Source: a bacterium (GTDB lineage: Bacteria > Patescibacteriota > Minisyncoccia > UBA6257 > GWB1-50-10). From it: a stretch of DNA of 64,000 bases. Position numbers and translations under genes: made by a program. Location of the stretch: contig JAJYXV010000003.1 in assembly GCA_021801565.1 (NCBI GenBank), forward strand, positions 196,894-260,893, in the 5' to 3' direction. Below the pieces are notes generated by a model. The model ran no database searches, was not told the DNA's origin, and saw only the letters and a list, made by a program, of their open reading frames with translations. Positions 10,582-19,592 of the stretch are shown in pieces; positions within the stretch are counted from its first letter, which is position 1, and each line of letters opens with the position of its first letter.

Positions 10582-11865
10582 ATGAGAAAAACTATTCTTG
10601 TTTTTTGTATCTTTCTTATCCTTTTGTTATGCGCGCCTGTGTTTTCTTATGCCCAATTACAAACTACCGGAGGAACGCTTCGTGATCTTATCGCTGAAAA
10701 AAGCCAGCGCCTGAAAGAACTTCAGGAGCAAAGAGCTGTGTTAGAAAAAAATTTGGGAGATGTTTCCAAATCAAATGCGAAACTTTCGAAAGAAATAAAA
10801 ACAATGGACAATACAATTGGACAGCTTGGTCTGTTAGTAAAATCAAATAATCTCGCGATAGAAAAAATTGAGTTGGAAATTGAGTCACTTACTGAGGATA
10901 TAGGAAGTATAGAAAAAAATATCAGCAACAAGAAAGAGACAATAGGAAAACTTTTTTCTGAGTTGCAGCAAAAAGATAAGGAAAATTTTTTAATTATTTT
11001 TTTGAGAAATAAAAGTCTTGCAGAAAGTGTTGCAGAGGCACGCACTATTTCAACGCTCAATAGTAATCTCTATGAAAATCTCGAAGAACTGAAGAATCTC
11101 CAGGTAGATTTAACTCAAAAAATAAAAGAGGGAGAAGGCAAAAAAAAAGAAAAAGCAGTTGAAAAAATAAATTTCCAGAATAGACAGATAATTTTGGCAG
11201 ACCAAAAAAAGGAAAAGCAAAGTGTGTTATCACAGACAAAAAACCAGGAGCTTATATATGAAAAGCAGCTTGATGAATTAACAAAACTTCAGGATGAGAT
11301 TTCTCTTGAAATTGAAAAAATAGAAGCCGAATTAAGAAAAAATATCGACCCGAATTTACTTCCACTTCCACGCCCGGGAGTTCTCTTATGGCCCGTGCCA
11401 GAGGGGCGGCTTACGCAAGGATATGGAGCGACTCCATTTGCAGCAAGGAATTATAAAAGCAAATATCATAATGGTTTAGATATCGGAAGGTTTTTAGGTG
11501 CAGAAGTTGTTGCCGCTGAAAAAGGGAAGGTAATAAATGTCGGCGATCAAGATAAATTTTGCAGAAGAGCTGCATATGGAAAATTCATCGTTATAAAACA
11601 TGAAAATGGACTTACGACACTATATGGACATCTTTCCCGTCAGATTGTTTCTTTAGGGGATACAGTCGAGAGAGGACAGATTATTGGATATATGGGAAAA
11701 ACTGGATGGGCCACTGGTGCACATCTTCATTTCACTGTTTTTTCTTCTCAAACACTTACTCCAGCGCGCCTTGGGTTTCCAGAAGGAACACAACCTTCGC
11801 GCGTATGTGGACCAATGCCAGTTGGTGGAGATATTGATCCGACGCTTTATGTTTCTAGATCATAG
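10582..11865 (+). CDS. M23-family peptidoglycan metalloendopeptidase with N-terminal coiled coil (EnvC-like)
   Basis: 427 aa. Signal peptide, long coiled-coil region, then M23 motifs HNGLDI and GHLS...GxTGxATGxHLHF. Confidence 0.8.
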   Translation: MRKTILVFCIFLILLLCAPVFSYAQLQTTGGTLRDLIAEKSQRLKELQEQRAVLEKNLGDVSKSNAKLSKEIKTMDNTIGQLGLLVKSNNLAIEKIELEIESLTEDIGSIEKNISNKKETIGKLFSELQQKDKENFLIIFLRNKSLAESVAEARTISTLNSNLYENLEELKNLQVDLTQKIKEGEGKKKEKAVEKINFQNRQIILADQKKEKQSVLSQTKNQELIYEKQLDELTKLQDEISLEIEKIEAELRKNIDPNLLPLPRPGVLLWPVPEGRLTQGYGATPFAARNYKSKYHNGLDIGRFLGAEVVAAEKGKVINVGDQDKFCRRAAYGKFIVIKHENGLTTLYGHLSRQIVSLGDTVERGQIIGYMGKTGWATGAHLHFTVFSSQTLTPARLGFPEGTQPSRVCGPMPVGGDIDPTLYVSRS

Positions 11866-11869
11866 CCAT

Positions 11870-12838
11870 ATGAATGAACAGCTTTTGTGGAATCAAAATA
11901 TAATTTCCAAAAATGCATCATTTCTTCAATCGTGGGAATGGGGGGAGTTGCAAAAACACCTTGGGAGAGACATTTTCCGATTGCACATAGACGGGATCTC
12001 TTCTCTTATAATTCGATATCCACTGCCGCTCAAACAATCTTATTTGTATGTTCCGCACGGGTTTGTTGGTGAGTGGAGAGAAAAAGACATGAAAGTTTTT
12101 TTTAATGAGATAAGAAAAAAAACACATTTTCATAAATCATTTTTTATCCGTATTGATCCATTTGAAAAAAAATCCGAAGTGTTAGGAAAAACACTTTCAA
12201 GATTTGGATTTAAAAAAGTAAATTCAGTACAACCCGAAGAAACACTCCTTCTTGATCTTACTTTATCTAAAGAGGATTTGTTGAAAAACATGGAGCATGA
12301 TACGCGATATTCGATTCGTGCTGCTGAAAAAAGGGGAGTGGAGGTTGTACAAGCAAGTGTATATGATGAAAAGAAAAAATATTTTGATGTTTTTTGGGAA
12401 ATATTCAAAAAAACAAACTCACGACATCAATTGCGTGCATATCCAAAAAAATATTATGAAGGAATTTTTTCTTTAGAAGGGGAGTGTCGATCAGAGGTGT
12501 TTTGCGCAATGGTTGAAAAGAGAATTGTTGCCGTTGCCGTTGTCCTGTTTTTTGGAAAAAGAGCGACATATCTTTTTGCCGCATCCGAATATGGATATGG
12601 ACGTTATAATGCCCCAACGTTTTTATTGTGGAATGCAATATGTGCTGCAAAAGAAAAAAATATGGAAATTTTTGATTTTTGGGGGATTAGTAATACAAAA
12701 AAAGAATGGGCAGGAGTTACTGCATTTAAAAGAAGTTTTGGTGGATATGAAGTGCAATATGAAGGGACGTGGGATTATGTACTGAATATTCCGAAGTATG
12801 TTGCTTACTCTCTTTTGAAAAAAATTAAATGTATTTGA
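11870..12838 (+). CDS. FemAB-family peptidoglycan interpeptide aminoacyltransferase (FemX-like)
   Basis: Track ORF 11684..12838 overlaps the M23 gene. The internal ATG at 11870 (MNEQLLWNQN...) lies 5 nt after the upstream stop. Length and FemAB-like GNAT-fold features fit (FLQSWEWGE, LFAASEYGY). Confidence 0.65.
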   Translation: MNEQLLWNQNIISKNASFLQSWEWGELQKHLGRDIFRLHIDGISSLIIRYPLPLKQSYLYVPHGFVGEWREKDMKVFFNEIRKKTHFHKSFFIRIDPFEKKSEVLGKTLSRFGFKKVNSVQPEETLLLDLTLSKEDLLKNMEHDTRYSIRAAEKRGVEVVQASVYDEKKKYFDVFWEIFKKTNSRHQLRAYPKKYYEGIFSLEGECRSEVFCAMVEKRIVAVAVVLFFGKRATYLFAASEYGYGRYNAPTFLLWNAICAAKEKNMEIFDFWGISNTKKEWAGVTAFKRSFGGYEVQYEGTWDYVLNIPKYVAYSLLKKIKCI

Positions 12839-12848
12839 AATAAAAAAT

Positions 12849-14174
12849 ATGTTGAATATAAAAAAAATAATAAAAAAACTTATTCCTAAGGTTTTTATCA
12901 ATTGGTACCATTTTATACTTGCGTATGCTGGAGCATGGTTTTATGGCTTTCCTTCAAAAAAAATGATTGTGATTGGAGTTCTTGGTACGCGGGGGAAAAC
13001 CACAACAGCAAATCTCATTTGGTCCTGTTTTACCGCTGCAGGATATAAAACCGGACTTACGGGAACCGCAAATATCCGCATTGGTGATGAAGAAAGAATG
13101 AATCCATATCACATGACTATGCCGGGAAGATTTATCTTGCAAAAATTATTGAGAGAAATGTATAACTCTGGATGTAGATGTGTTGTGGTTGAAACTCCTT
13201 CTGAGGGAGTGGAACAGTGGAGACATAAAGGAATTGCATATGATGCGGCTGTCATGACAACGTTATATCCAGAGTATCTCGCGGTGCACAATTGGAGTTT
13301 TGAACGGTGTAAAGATATGGATGAGAAAATATTTGAAATCCTTTATTCACAGTCACGGAAGAAAATAGGAGGGAAAAAGATTCCTAAAGTAATTGTGGTA
13401 AACAATGAGATTGAAGAAAAAGAACGTTTTTTAAAACATAACGCAGATATAAAAGTTACCTATGCAATACATGGAAATGCTGACATTGTTCCAAATGATA
13501 TTAATGTTTCTTCTTCCCAAGTTTCTTTTTCAATTTCCGGTATTACCTATACACTTGGAATTCTTGGTGACTTTAATGTAGGAAACGCACTTGCAGCTAT
13601 TGCAACGGTTTCTGCATATGGAATATCAAACGAAGCAACACAAAAAGGATTACAGAATATTCACCTTGTCCCGGGACGCATGGAAAAAATTAGTGAAGGA
13701 CAAGAATTTTCTGTGTTTGTTGATTATGCTCATGATGCAGTAAGTATTAAGGCGGCACTTGGATCCATAAAGAATTTAAAGAAAGATAGAGAGGGGAGGG
13801 TTATTGTTCTTCTTGGTGGGCAGGGCGGAGGAAGAGACAAGAAGAAGCGTCCTATTATGGGTCGAATTGCGGCCGAAGAGGCGGACTTTGTGATAATTAC
13901 CAATGAAGATCCATATGAGGACAATCCCATTCAGATAATGGAAGAAGTTGCTCGTGGGAGCGAAGATGCGGGGAAAGTCCGTGAAAAAGATCTGTTTGTT
14001 GTTAACGACCGCCGAGATGGAATACGAAAGGCACTTTCGCTTGCACATTCTCATGACATCGTTCTTATTGCTGGAAAAGGCGCAGAACAAAGCATGGAGG
14101 TAAAAGGGGGACAAATTTCGTGGGATGATCGTATGGTGGTAAAAGAAGAATTGAGGAAGATAAGAAAAAAATAA
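12849..14174 (+). CDS. Mur ligase family protein (central and C-terminal domains only)
   Basis: 441 aa. P-loop GTRGKTTT about 45 aa from the N-terminus and DYAHDAVS (DYAHNP-like) C-terminal motif. The canonical MurC/D/E/F N-terminal domain is missing. Confidence 0.65.
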   Translation: MLNIKKIIKKLIPKVFINWYHFILAYAGAWFYGFPSKKMIVIGVLGTRGKTTTANLIWSCFTAAGYKTGLTGTANIRIGDEERMNPYHMTMPGRFILQKLLREMYNSGCRCVVVETPSEGVEQWRHKGIAYDAAVMTTLYPEYLAVHNWSFERCKDMDEKIFEILYSQSRKKIGGKKIPKVIVVNNEIEEKERFLKHNADIKVTYAIHGNADIVPNDINVSSSQVSFSISGITYTLGILGDFNVGNALAAIATVSAYGISNEATQKGLQNIHLVPGRMEKISEGQEFSVFVDYAHDAVSIKAALGSIKNLKKDREGRVIVLLGGQGGGRDKKKRPIMGRIAAEEADFVIITNEDPYEDNPIQIMEEVARGSEDAGKVREKDLFVVNDRRDGIRKALSLAHSHDIVLIAGKGAEQSMEVKGGQISWDDRMVVKEELRKIRKK

Positions 14175-14210
14175 AAATTGTAGACTACGGAGTCACATTT
14201 TATAATAAAG

Positions 14211-14726
14211 ATGATGAAAAAAGCGTTGCTTGTAGTTGACTGGGAAAAAGAATGGACCAATCCTAAGTCCGAGTACTTTGTGGGCGATCTCGTCCGCGCG
14301 ACAAAAAAATTGAATAGACTCATTGAGTTCTGTCGTACAAAAAATTACAAAATTATTTTTATTAGACACATAGAAAAGGACTCTAAAGATGCGTTCGCTA
14401 AAAATTCAGAGTGTATTCAGTTTATAAAAGATACAAATATTGAAACATCTGATGTCGTTATTACCAAATATAAAATTAGTCCGTTTTTTAAGACAAACTT
14501 AGATATTGAGTTGAAGGGAATAAAAGAAATCGTCGTTGCCGGCATTTTAACAAATCTTTGTGTGCGGAGCACCATACAAGATGCTTACGATAGAGACTTT
14601 AAAATTACCGTAATACAGGATTGCTGTATATCTTTTGATAAAAATGTACACCAATTTACTATTAGAGACCTGAAAGCAACAAGAGAGGAAATTAATTTTC
14701 TGAATTTGAATAAATTTATTCAATAG
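14211..14726 (+). CDS. isochorismatase-family cysteine hydrolase
   Basis: 171 aa. ALLVVD...NLCVRSTIQDAYDRDFKITVIQDC matches the isochorismatase catalytic D/K/C layout. Confidence 0.65.
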   Translation: MMKKALLVVDWEKEWTNPKSEYFVGDLVRATKKLNRLIEFCRTKNYKIIFIRHIEKDSKDAFAKNSECIQFIKDTNIETSDVVITKYKISPFFKTNLDIELKGIKEIVVAGILTNLCVRSTIQDAYDRDFKITVIQDCCISFDKNVHQFTIRDLKATREEINFLNLNKFIQ

Positions 14727-14771
14727 GGAAGTTAATTTTAAACCTTTCATAATTAGTTGTATAATAAATAT

Positions 14772-15161
14772 ATGAAAATAGTCCTCTTATTTTTCTTCGT
14801 AGTCGTTTCTGTACTCCCTATGGGGGTTTTTGCGCAATCATCTGATACGGCGGGATCGTCTCCATCAATAAATTTCCCAGGTCCTATCACTGATTTTATG
14901 AACTCCTTAAATAAAATAAGTATTGACAACAGTAGTTTAAAGTTACCTGATAATCCTCAAGGAGGAGAGAAATTAATTGGACAGAAGACAATAAACGGAT
15001 CACAGATTGGAGAATGGTGGAATAAAATAAATTCTTGGCTCGTACAGAATATTGGTGTAAGTTTTTCTGAGATAATTAGAGTTGTCGGAAATTTTATAGT
15101 CTGGGGATTTGAGTTGGTGGTAAAACTCTTAAAGGTGGGCCTCTCGTATCTGCCCGTATAA
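14772..15161 (+). CDS. hypothetical secreted protein
   Basis: Signal peptide MKIVLLFFFVVVSVLPMGVFA. Start trimmed from 14757 to the ATG at 14772. Confidence 0.45.
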   Translation: MKIVLLFFFVVVSVLPMGVFAQSSDTAGSSPSINFPGPITDFMNSLNKISIDNSSLKLPDNPQGGEKLIGQKTINGSQIGEWWNKINSWLVQNIGVSFSEIIRVVGNFIVWGFELVVKLLKVGLSYLPV

Positions 15162-15260
15162 TTAAGAGCAATAGAGCTGTCGCAAAGAATTATTATACGA
15201 CACAATTATAATGCATGATGTCGCAAAACATATATTGTGCGACAGATGCAATAGAGAAAA

Positions 15261-15297
15261 AGACCGGCGTGGGAGTACTCCTCCACTGGTCTTTTGT
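15261..15297. terminator. GC-rich hairpin terminator between convergent genes
   Basis: agaccggcgtgggag...ctcctccactggtct hairpin followed by tttt. Confidence 0.5.
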
Positions 15298-15306
15298 ATC
15301 ATATGG

Positions 15307-15870
15307 TTATGTACTGGGTTTATCGCCTTCTGCAATGAAAACCGAAGGATCAATAAAATTATTCGGTGATTGATATTTCTTTTTCAATCCCGATGATTTA
15401 ACTATCTCTCCTATTTCTTTCACTAGTTTTCTTGAGTTTTGTTCGGCCCTATCATTAGTTCGCTTTAATCCGCCATATGGGCATGATGAGACGCCACAAC
15501 TCGTTCCTATATTCCTCCGTACCATGAGGTGGAACAAAGCAATTGGACAAATATCCTTTTTAGCGTTTTTAAGGCCGACTTTTCCCTGTGTATCAACAAA
15601 TGATCGTTCGACATGATGTTGTGCATCGGCACGTATCTGTCGCTCCACGATTTCTGGGTGTTTTAACTCTTCTGTTATCGTCGCAATGTATTTTTCTGCA
15701 TTTTCAAAAAATACACATTTCTCGATATACGAATCATCTGCATTTGCTGTCGGGAATACTCGCCGTATACACAAGTTACCAAATGCAAGAGCGTTGTTTA
15801 CTTTTGGATTTGTGTATGTTGTTTTTTTCCCAGAGTTTGTTTCTATAGTTTCTTTGATGATTGCTGACAT
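15307..15870 (-). CDS. hypothetical protein (Cys/His-containing, unknown family)
   Basis: 188 aa after trimming to the internal start, which follows GGAGG (track ORF 15307..16032 overlaps murC). Contains QHHVERS and SCGVSSCPYGG. No family recognised. Confidence 0.5.
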   Translation of the reverse strand: MSAIIKETIETNSGKKTTYTNPKVNNALAFGNLCIRRVFPTANADDSYIEKCVFFENAEKYIATITEELKHPEIVERQIRADAQHHVERSFVDTQGKVGLKNAKKDICPIALFHLMVRRNIGTSCGVSSCPYGGLKRTNDRAEQNSRKLVKEIGEIVKSSGLKKKYQSPNNFIDPSVFIAEGDKPST

Positions 15871-15915
15871 TACATCCTCCTTTTCAGTTGTGAATTTCTG
15901 CTTATAATATAAGTA

Positions 15916-17313
15916 ATGAAAGATGTGAATACAAGCCTGAAGCCATTTGAAAATATAACCCCCAAGAGGGTTTATTTTATTGGTATTGGGGGCATTGGTA
16001 TGAGTGCCCTTGCTCGTTGGTTTAAGTCTCAAAAATGGTCAGTTTCCGGCTCAGATATAGTCGAAGGTGAAATTTTGCGGGGATTAAAAAAAGACCGCAT
16101 AACGGTCAAAATAGGGCAAAAAGGAGGTATTTTAGAGCATAAAACAGGGCTTTTTATCTACAATCAGGCAATTCCCCCCTCTAATTCTGAGTTTGTCTTA
16201 GCAAAGAAATCTGGTATTCCCCTTCTTTCTTATGCGGAAGCGGTAGGTGTTCTTACCCGTTTTTATAAAACACTTACTATTTCTGGTGCCCATGGAAAAA
16301 GCACTACCACTTCATTGCTCTCACTTGCACTTATAAAAGCAAAACGCGATCCGACGGTAATTGTTGGAACAAAATTAAAAGAGTTCGGCGACAGAAATTT
16401 CCATAAAGGAGAGGGTGATTTACTTGTGCTTGAGGCAGATGAGTTTCATAGTTCATTTTTAAATTACTCCCCCACCATTGCGATTATCACGAATATTGAT
16501 AAAGAGCACTTAGATTGGTATAAAAATTTTTCGAATGTAAAAAAAACGTTTCTCTCTTTCATTAGAAAAATAAAACCTCATGGAATACTTGTAATAAATA
16601 AAGATAATAAAGACCTCCTTCTTTTAAAAAGGCAAATTGAATCAATTGGTAAAAAAAGGAATATTCTAGTCCATTGGTATTCCATAAAAGACCAAAAAAC
16701 AAAAAAAATACGAGATGCAATGAGACATATTTCGGGAACTCATATGATCTCGAATGCGCTTGCGGCATATTATGTTGCGGAATATATTGGAGCAAAAGAA
16801 GAAGATGTATTACGTGCATTTCGGAATTACCATGGAGTGTGGCGAAGGATGGAATATAAGGGACGACTTAAAATTCGAAATTCGAAATTTAAAACTGTCA
16901 TTTATGATGATTATGGGCATCATCCCACAGAAATTAAAGCGACACTTTTGGGCGCAAAAACATTCTTTAAGGACAAGGAAATTATATGCATATTTGAACC
17001 TCACCAAAGCAAAAGGTTGAAACTTCTCTTTCATAATTTTGTGAATGCGTTTGATTCAGCTGACTATCTCTTTCTCCTCCCTATTTATAAAGTCGCAGGA
17101 AGAGACGGGAAAGAAAAAAAATATACATCGGAAAATCTTGCAAAAATAATTCAGAAGAAAAGGAAAAATGTGTTTTATATTGAAGATAAAAAAAATTTAA
17201 AACGAGAATTCTTTGAAAAGTTAAAAGGGATACATAGTGATGCGGTAGTGATTATGATGGGTGCGGGGACTATTAATGAGGAAACAAAGAAATTGATAAA
17301 GACAAAAAACTAA
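15916..17313 (+). CDS. murC: UDP-N-acetylmuramate--L-alanine ligase
   Basis: 465 aa. VYFIGIGGIGMSALA N-terminal Rossmann motif, GAHGKSTTT P-loop and DDYGHHP C-terminal motif. Confidence 0.85.
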   Translation: MKDVNTSLKPFENITPKRVYFIGIGGIGMSALARWFKSQKWSVSGSDIVEGEILRGLKKDRITVKIGQKGGILEHKTGLFIYNQAIPPSNSEFVLAKKSGIPLLSYAEAVGVLTRFYKTLTISGAHGKSTTTSLLSLALIKAKRDPTVIVGTKLKEFGDRNFHKGEGDLLVLEADEFHSSFLNYSPTIAIITNIDKEHLDWYKNFSNVKKTFLSFIRKIKPHGILVINKDNKDLLLLKRQIESIGKKRNILVHWYSIKDQKTKKIRDAMRHISGTHMISNALAAYYVAEYIGAKEEDVLRAFRNYHGVWRRMEYKGRLKIRNSKFKTVIYDDYGHHPTEIKATLLGAKTFFKDKEIICIFEPHQSKRLKLLFHNFVNAFDSADYLFLLPIYKVAGRDGKEKKYTSENLAKIIQKKRKNVFYIEDKKNLKREFFEKLKGIHSDAVVIMMGAGTINEETKKLIKTKN

Positions 17314-17324
17314 AAACAAAAGAT

Positions 17325-18077
17325 ATGACAATTGAAGAATACAAAGATTCACATGGATATACTATTGATAGCATATGGTATCCCCGCGTGACAAAAATAG
17401 TTGAGATAAAAGCAAAACCGGCACTTTACCGTTTCTACGCAAAAATGGAAAACTTCGAGGCGGGAGAACGGATGAAAGAACTTTCTGCAAAAGAGGGAAC
17501 GTTGGTGCACGAGACTGTGGAGGCGCTTCTTACGGGAAAAACACCCGAAGTCGATCCGTATATTTATCCCTCAATAAGCGCATTTTTGCGTTTTGAAGAA
17601 GAAAATAACATAAAAGTAAATCCCGAATTCGTAGAAATGCGTTTGGTAAATCGTGATGAGCGATATGCGGGAACGCTTGATGCAATTGCGACCATTGGCG
17701 GGAAAACGGGGGTTTTAGATATAAAAACATCACTAGAAATCTATCGCGATTATAATCTTCAAACATCGGCGTACGTTGCTGCATTGAAAGATGATATCCC
17801 AGATATTGAAACAAGATGGATTCTTCGAATTGATCAGGTACAAAAATGTGAAAAATGTGGGGCATTACTTCGAAAAAAGGGTGGACGTCCGCAGATAAAA
17901 ACGCAGTTTGGAAATAAAGAAATGTGGAAATGCAGACATGAATGGGGAAAAACAGAGGGTGTTATTGAACTTAAGGAATTTCCTGAGTGGAAAGCTGATT
18001 ATTCTGCATTTCTGGGAGCAAAGAAACTATGGGAATGGGAGAATGAGGAGATTCTGAAACAGGTTGGATATTTATAA
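17325..18077 (+). CDS. PD-(D/E)xK nuclease (RecB/Cas4-like) with C-terminal zinc ribbon
   Basis: 250 aa. GTLDAI...VLDIKTS and QTSAYV (QxxxY), plus CEKCG...CRHEW. Confidence 0.55.
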   Translation: MTIEEYKDSHGYTIDSIWYPRVTKIVEIKAKPALYRFYAKMENFEAGERMKELSAKEGTLVHETVEALLTGKTPEVDPYIYPSISAFLRFEEENNIKVNPEFVEMRLVNRDERYAGTLDAIATIGGKTGVLDIKTSLEIYRDYNLQTSAYVAALKDDIPDIETRWILRIDQVQKCEKCGALLRKKGGRPQIKTQFGNKEMWKCRHEWGKTEGVIELKEFPEWKADYSAFLGAKKLWEWENEEILKQVGYL

Positions 18078-18094
18078 AAAGAAAAAGAGCAGAA

Positions 18095-18349
18095 TTATCT
18101 GCCCTTTCTTTTTAAATATATCCTTAATATCGAAAAGGTGGCAAGTCCTGCCCATATTATTTCGGCGAAAACTATTGCCCACACCTTTCCGGAAAACGCA
18201 TTTATTCCGAAGCCCAACGCCCCAAAAAAATTAAGCCAGTGATAAGATGCATTATCGTTACTTACCTTTTTTGCTGCAAGAAGTAAGTAAGATAGGAAAA
18301 AGAAAACCATACTCACCCAACCAATGACATCAGGTATTGAAATTTTCAC
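18095..18349 (-). CDS. small two-helix membrane protein
   Basis: 84 aa. Two hydrophobic helices. Confidence 0.45.
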   Translation of the reverse strand: MKISIPDVIGWVSMVFFFLSYLLLAAKKVSNDNASYHWLNFFGALGFGINAFSGKVWAIVFAEIIWAGLATFSILRIYLKRKGR

Positions 18350-18415
18350 ACAACCTCCTATTCTTAATTTTCTACCATTAATTTAACCCAATTATTATAT
18401 TTTGTCAATCCCCTA

Positions 18416-18574
18416 TTTTTCACTACACTTTTCTATAATAATAGGCGTGGGGTTATTTTGATTTCCTAATAAGAAACCAATACCGAATGCAGTAACAAGA
18501 AGAATAAAAAAACCAATCCAAAAAAAGATATAATCTTTATTTTGTTTGACGTAGATTTTTTGTTTTTCAAGCAT
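18416..18574 (-). CDS. possible 52-aa single-TM small protein (not in the ORF track)
   Basis: Manual translation gives MLEKQKIYVKQNKDYIFFWIGFFILLVTAFGIGFLLGNQNNPTPIIIEKCSEK. Confidence 0.25.
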
Positions 18575-18634
18575 AGATAATATTTGTAATATTGCAGTTC
18601 ATATGATGTTTACAATTGAGTTTTCATTACGGGG

Positions 18635-18663
18635 TTGACGTTTTCCCTCTATTTTCCTATTAT
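18635..18663 (+). promoter_or_regulatory. sigma70-type promoter upstream of rpmA leader
   Basis: TTGACG, 17-nt spacer, TATTAT. The site lies about 200 nt upstream of the rpmA ATG. Confidence 0.5.
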
Positions 18664-18860
18664 TATACCATCAATATTCCGAAAGGAATGGCGATCCACG
18701 CCCTTATTTTACAATCTTATGTTTTGTGTAGAAATAGAGATTGTATTAATAAATAAAATTTTCATTTTAAGTCGGAGATTTCAGTAAAATAAAGGCGGGA
18801 TGCTCATAGTTATGATGAAATTTTTTCGCTCATAGCTATAAGCTCAAAATTTCAATAACC

Positions 18861-19142
18861 ATGGCACATACTAAAGCTAAGGGATCTACAAAATTAGGAC
18901 GCGAATCAGAATCGAAGCGTCTCGGCGTTAAAATTGCGGATGGACAATCAGTAAAGCCCGGGGAGATTATAATCAGACAGCGCGGCACAAAATATCATAT
19001 TGGAGAACATGTAAAACAGGGCTCGGACGACACGCTTTATGCGTTGAAGGAAGGAATAGTAAAATTCACCACAAAGAAAAAAATCCGATATGACGGAAAA
19101 GTGAGAACGGTAAAGTTTGTGAACGTTACACCAGTGAAATAA
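18861..19142 (+). CDS. rpmA: 50S ribosomal protein L27
   Basis: 93 aa. [24 protein letters not shown] is the canonical L27 N-terminus. Confidence 0.9.
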   Translation: MAHTKAKGSTKLGRESESKRLGVKIADGQSVKPGEIIIRQRGTKYHIGEHVKQGSDDTLYALKEGIVKFTTKKKIRYDGKVRTVKFVNVTPVK

Positions 19143-19149
19143 TCTTGAG

Positions 19150-19590
19150 TTAATCCTCTGATTGTATTTCAATCAAAAACTTTATTTTTATTCCACTTCC
19201 AAAATCGGTTTCCACTTCATGTAAGCCGATTTTTTTTATCGGTTTCTCGGTATTTATTTTTATATCCTCTACTCCCCTTTTCTTTATTTTTTCTATAATA
19301 TCTTTTGCACTGACTGATCCGAATATTTCTCCCTTTGCTCCTTTTTTCAATTTAAATACAATAGGATTTTTTTTAAATTCATCGCTCAGCGCAATGAATT
19401 TTTGTATGCGTTTTTCATGATTTATTTTTTCTTCTTCTCTTTTGCGTTCGATTTCTTTTACGTCGCGCTCAAATGCCATTTTTGCAAATCCGCGAGGAAT
19501 AAGAAAATTTCTCGCATATCCATCATTCACCTCTTTTGTTTCTGATTTTTTTCCGATACCGCGCACATCTTTGAGAAAAATAACTCTCAT
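19150..19590 (-). CDS. rplI: 50S ribosomal protein L9
   Basis: 146 aa. MRVIFLKDVRGIGKKSETKEVNDGYARNFLIPRGFA. Confidence 0.9.
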   Translation of the reverse strand: MRVIFLKDVRGIGKKSETKEVNDGYARNFLIPRGFAKMAFERDVKEIERKREEEKINHEKRIQKFIALSDEFKKNPIVFKLKKGAKGEIFGSVSAKDIIEKIKKRGVEDIKINTEKPIKKIGLHEVETDFGSGIKIKFLIEIQSED

Positions 19591-19592
19591 AT

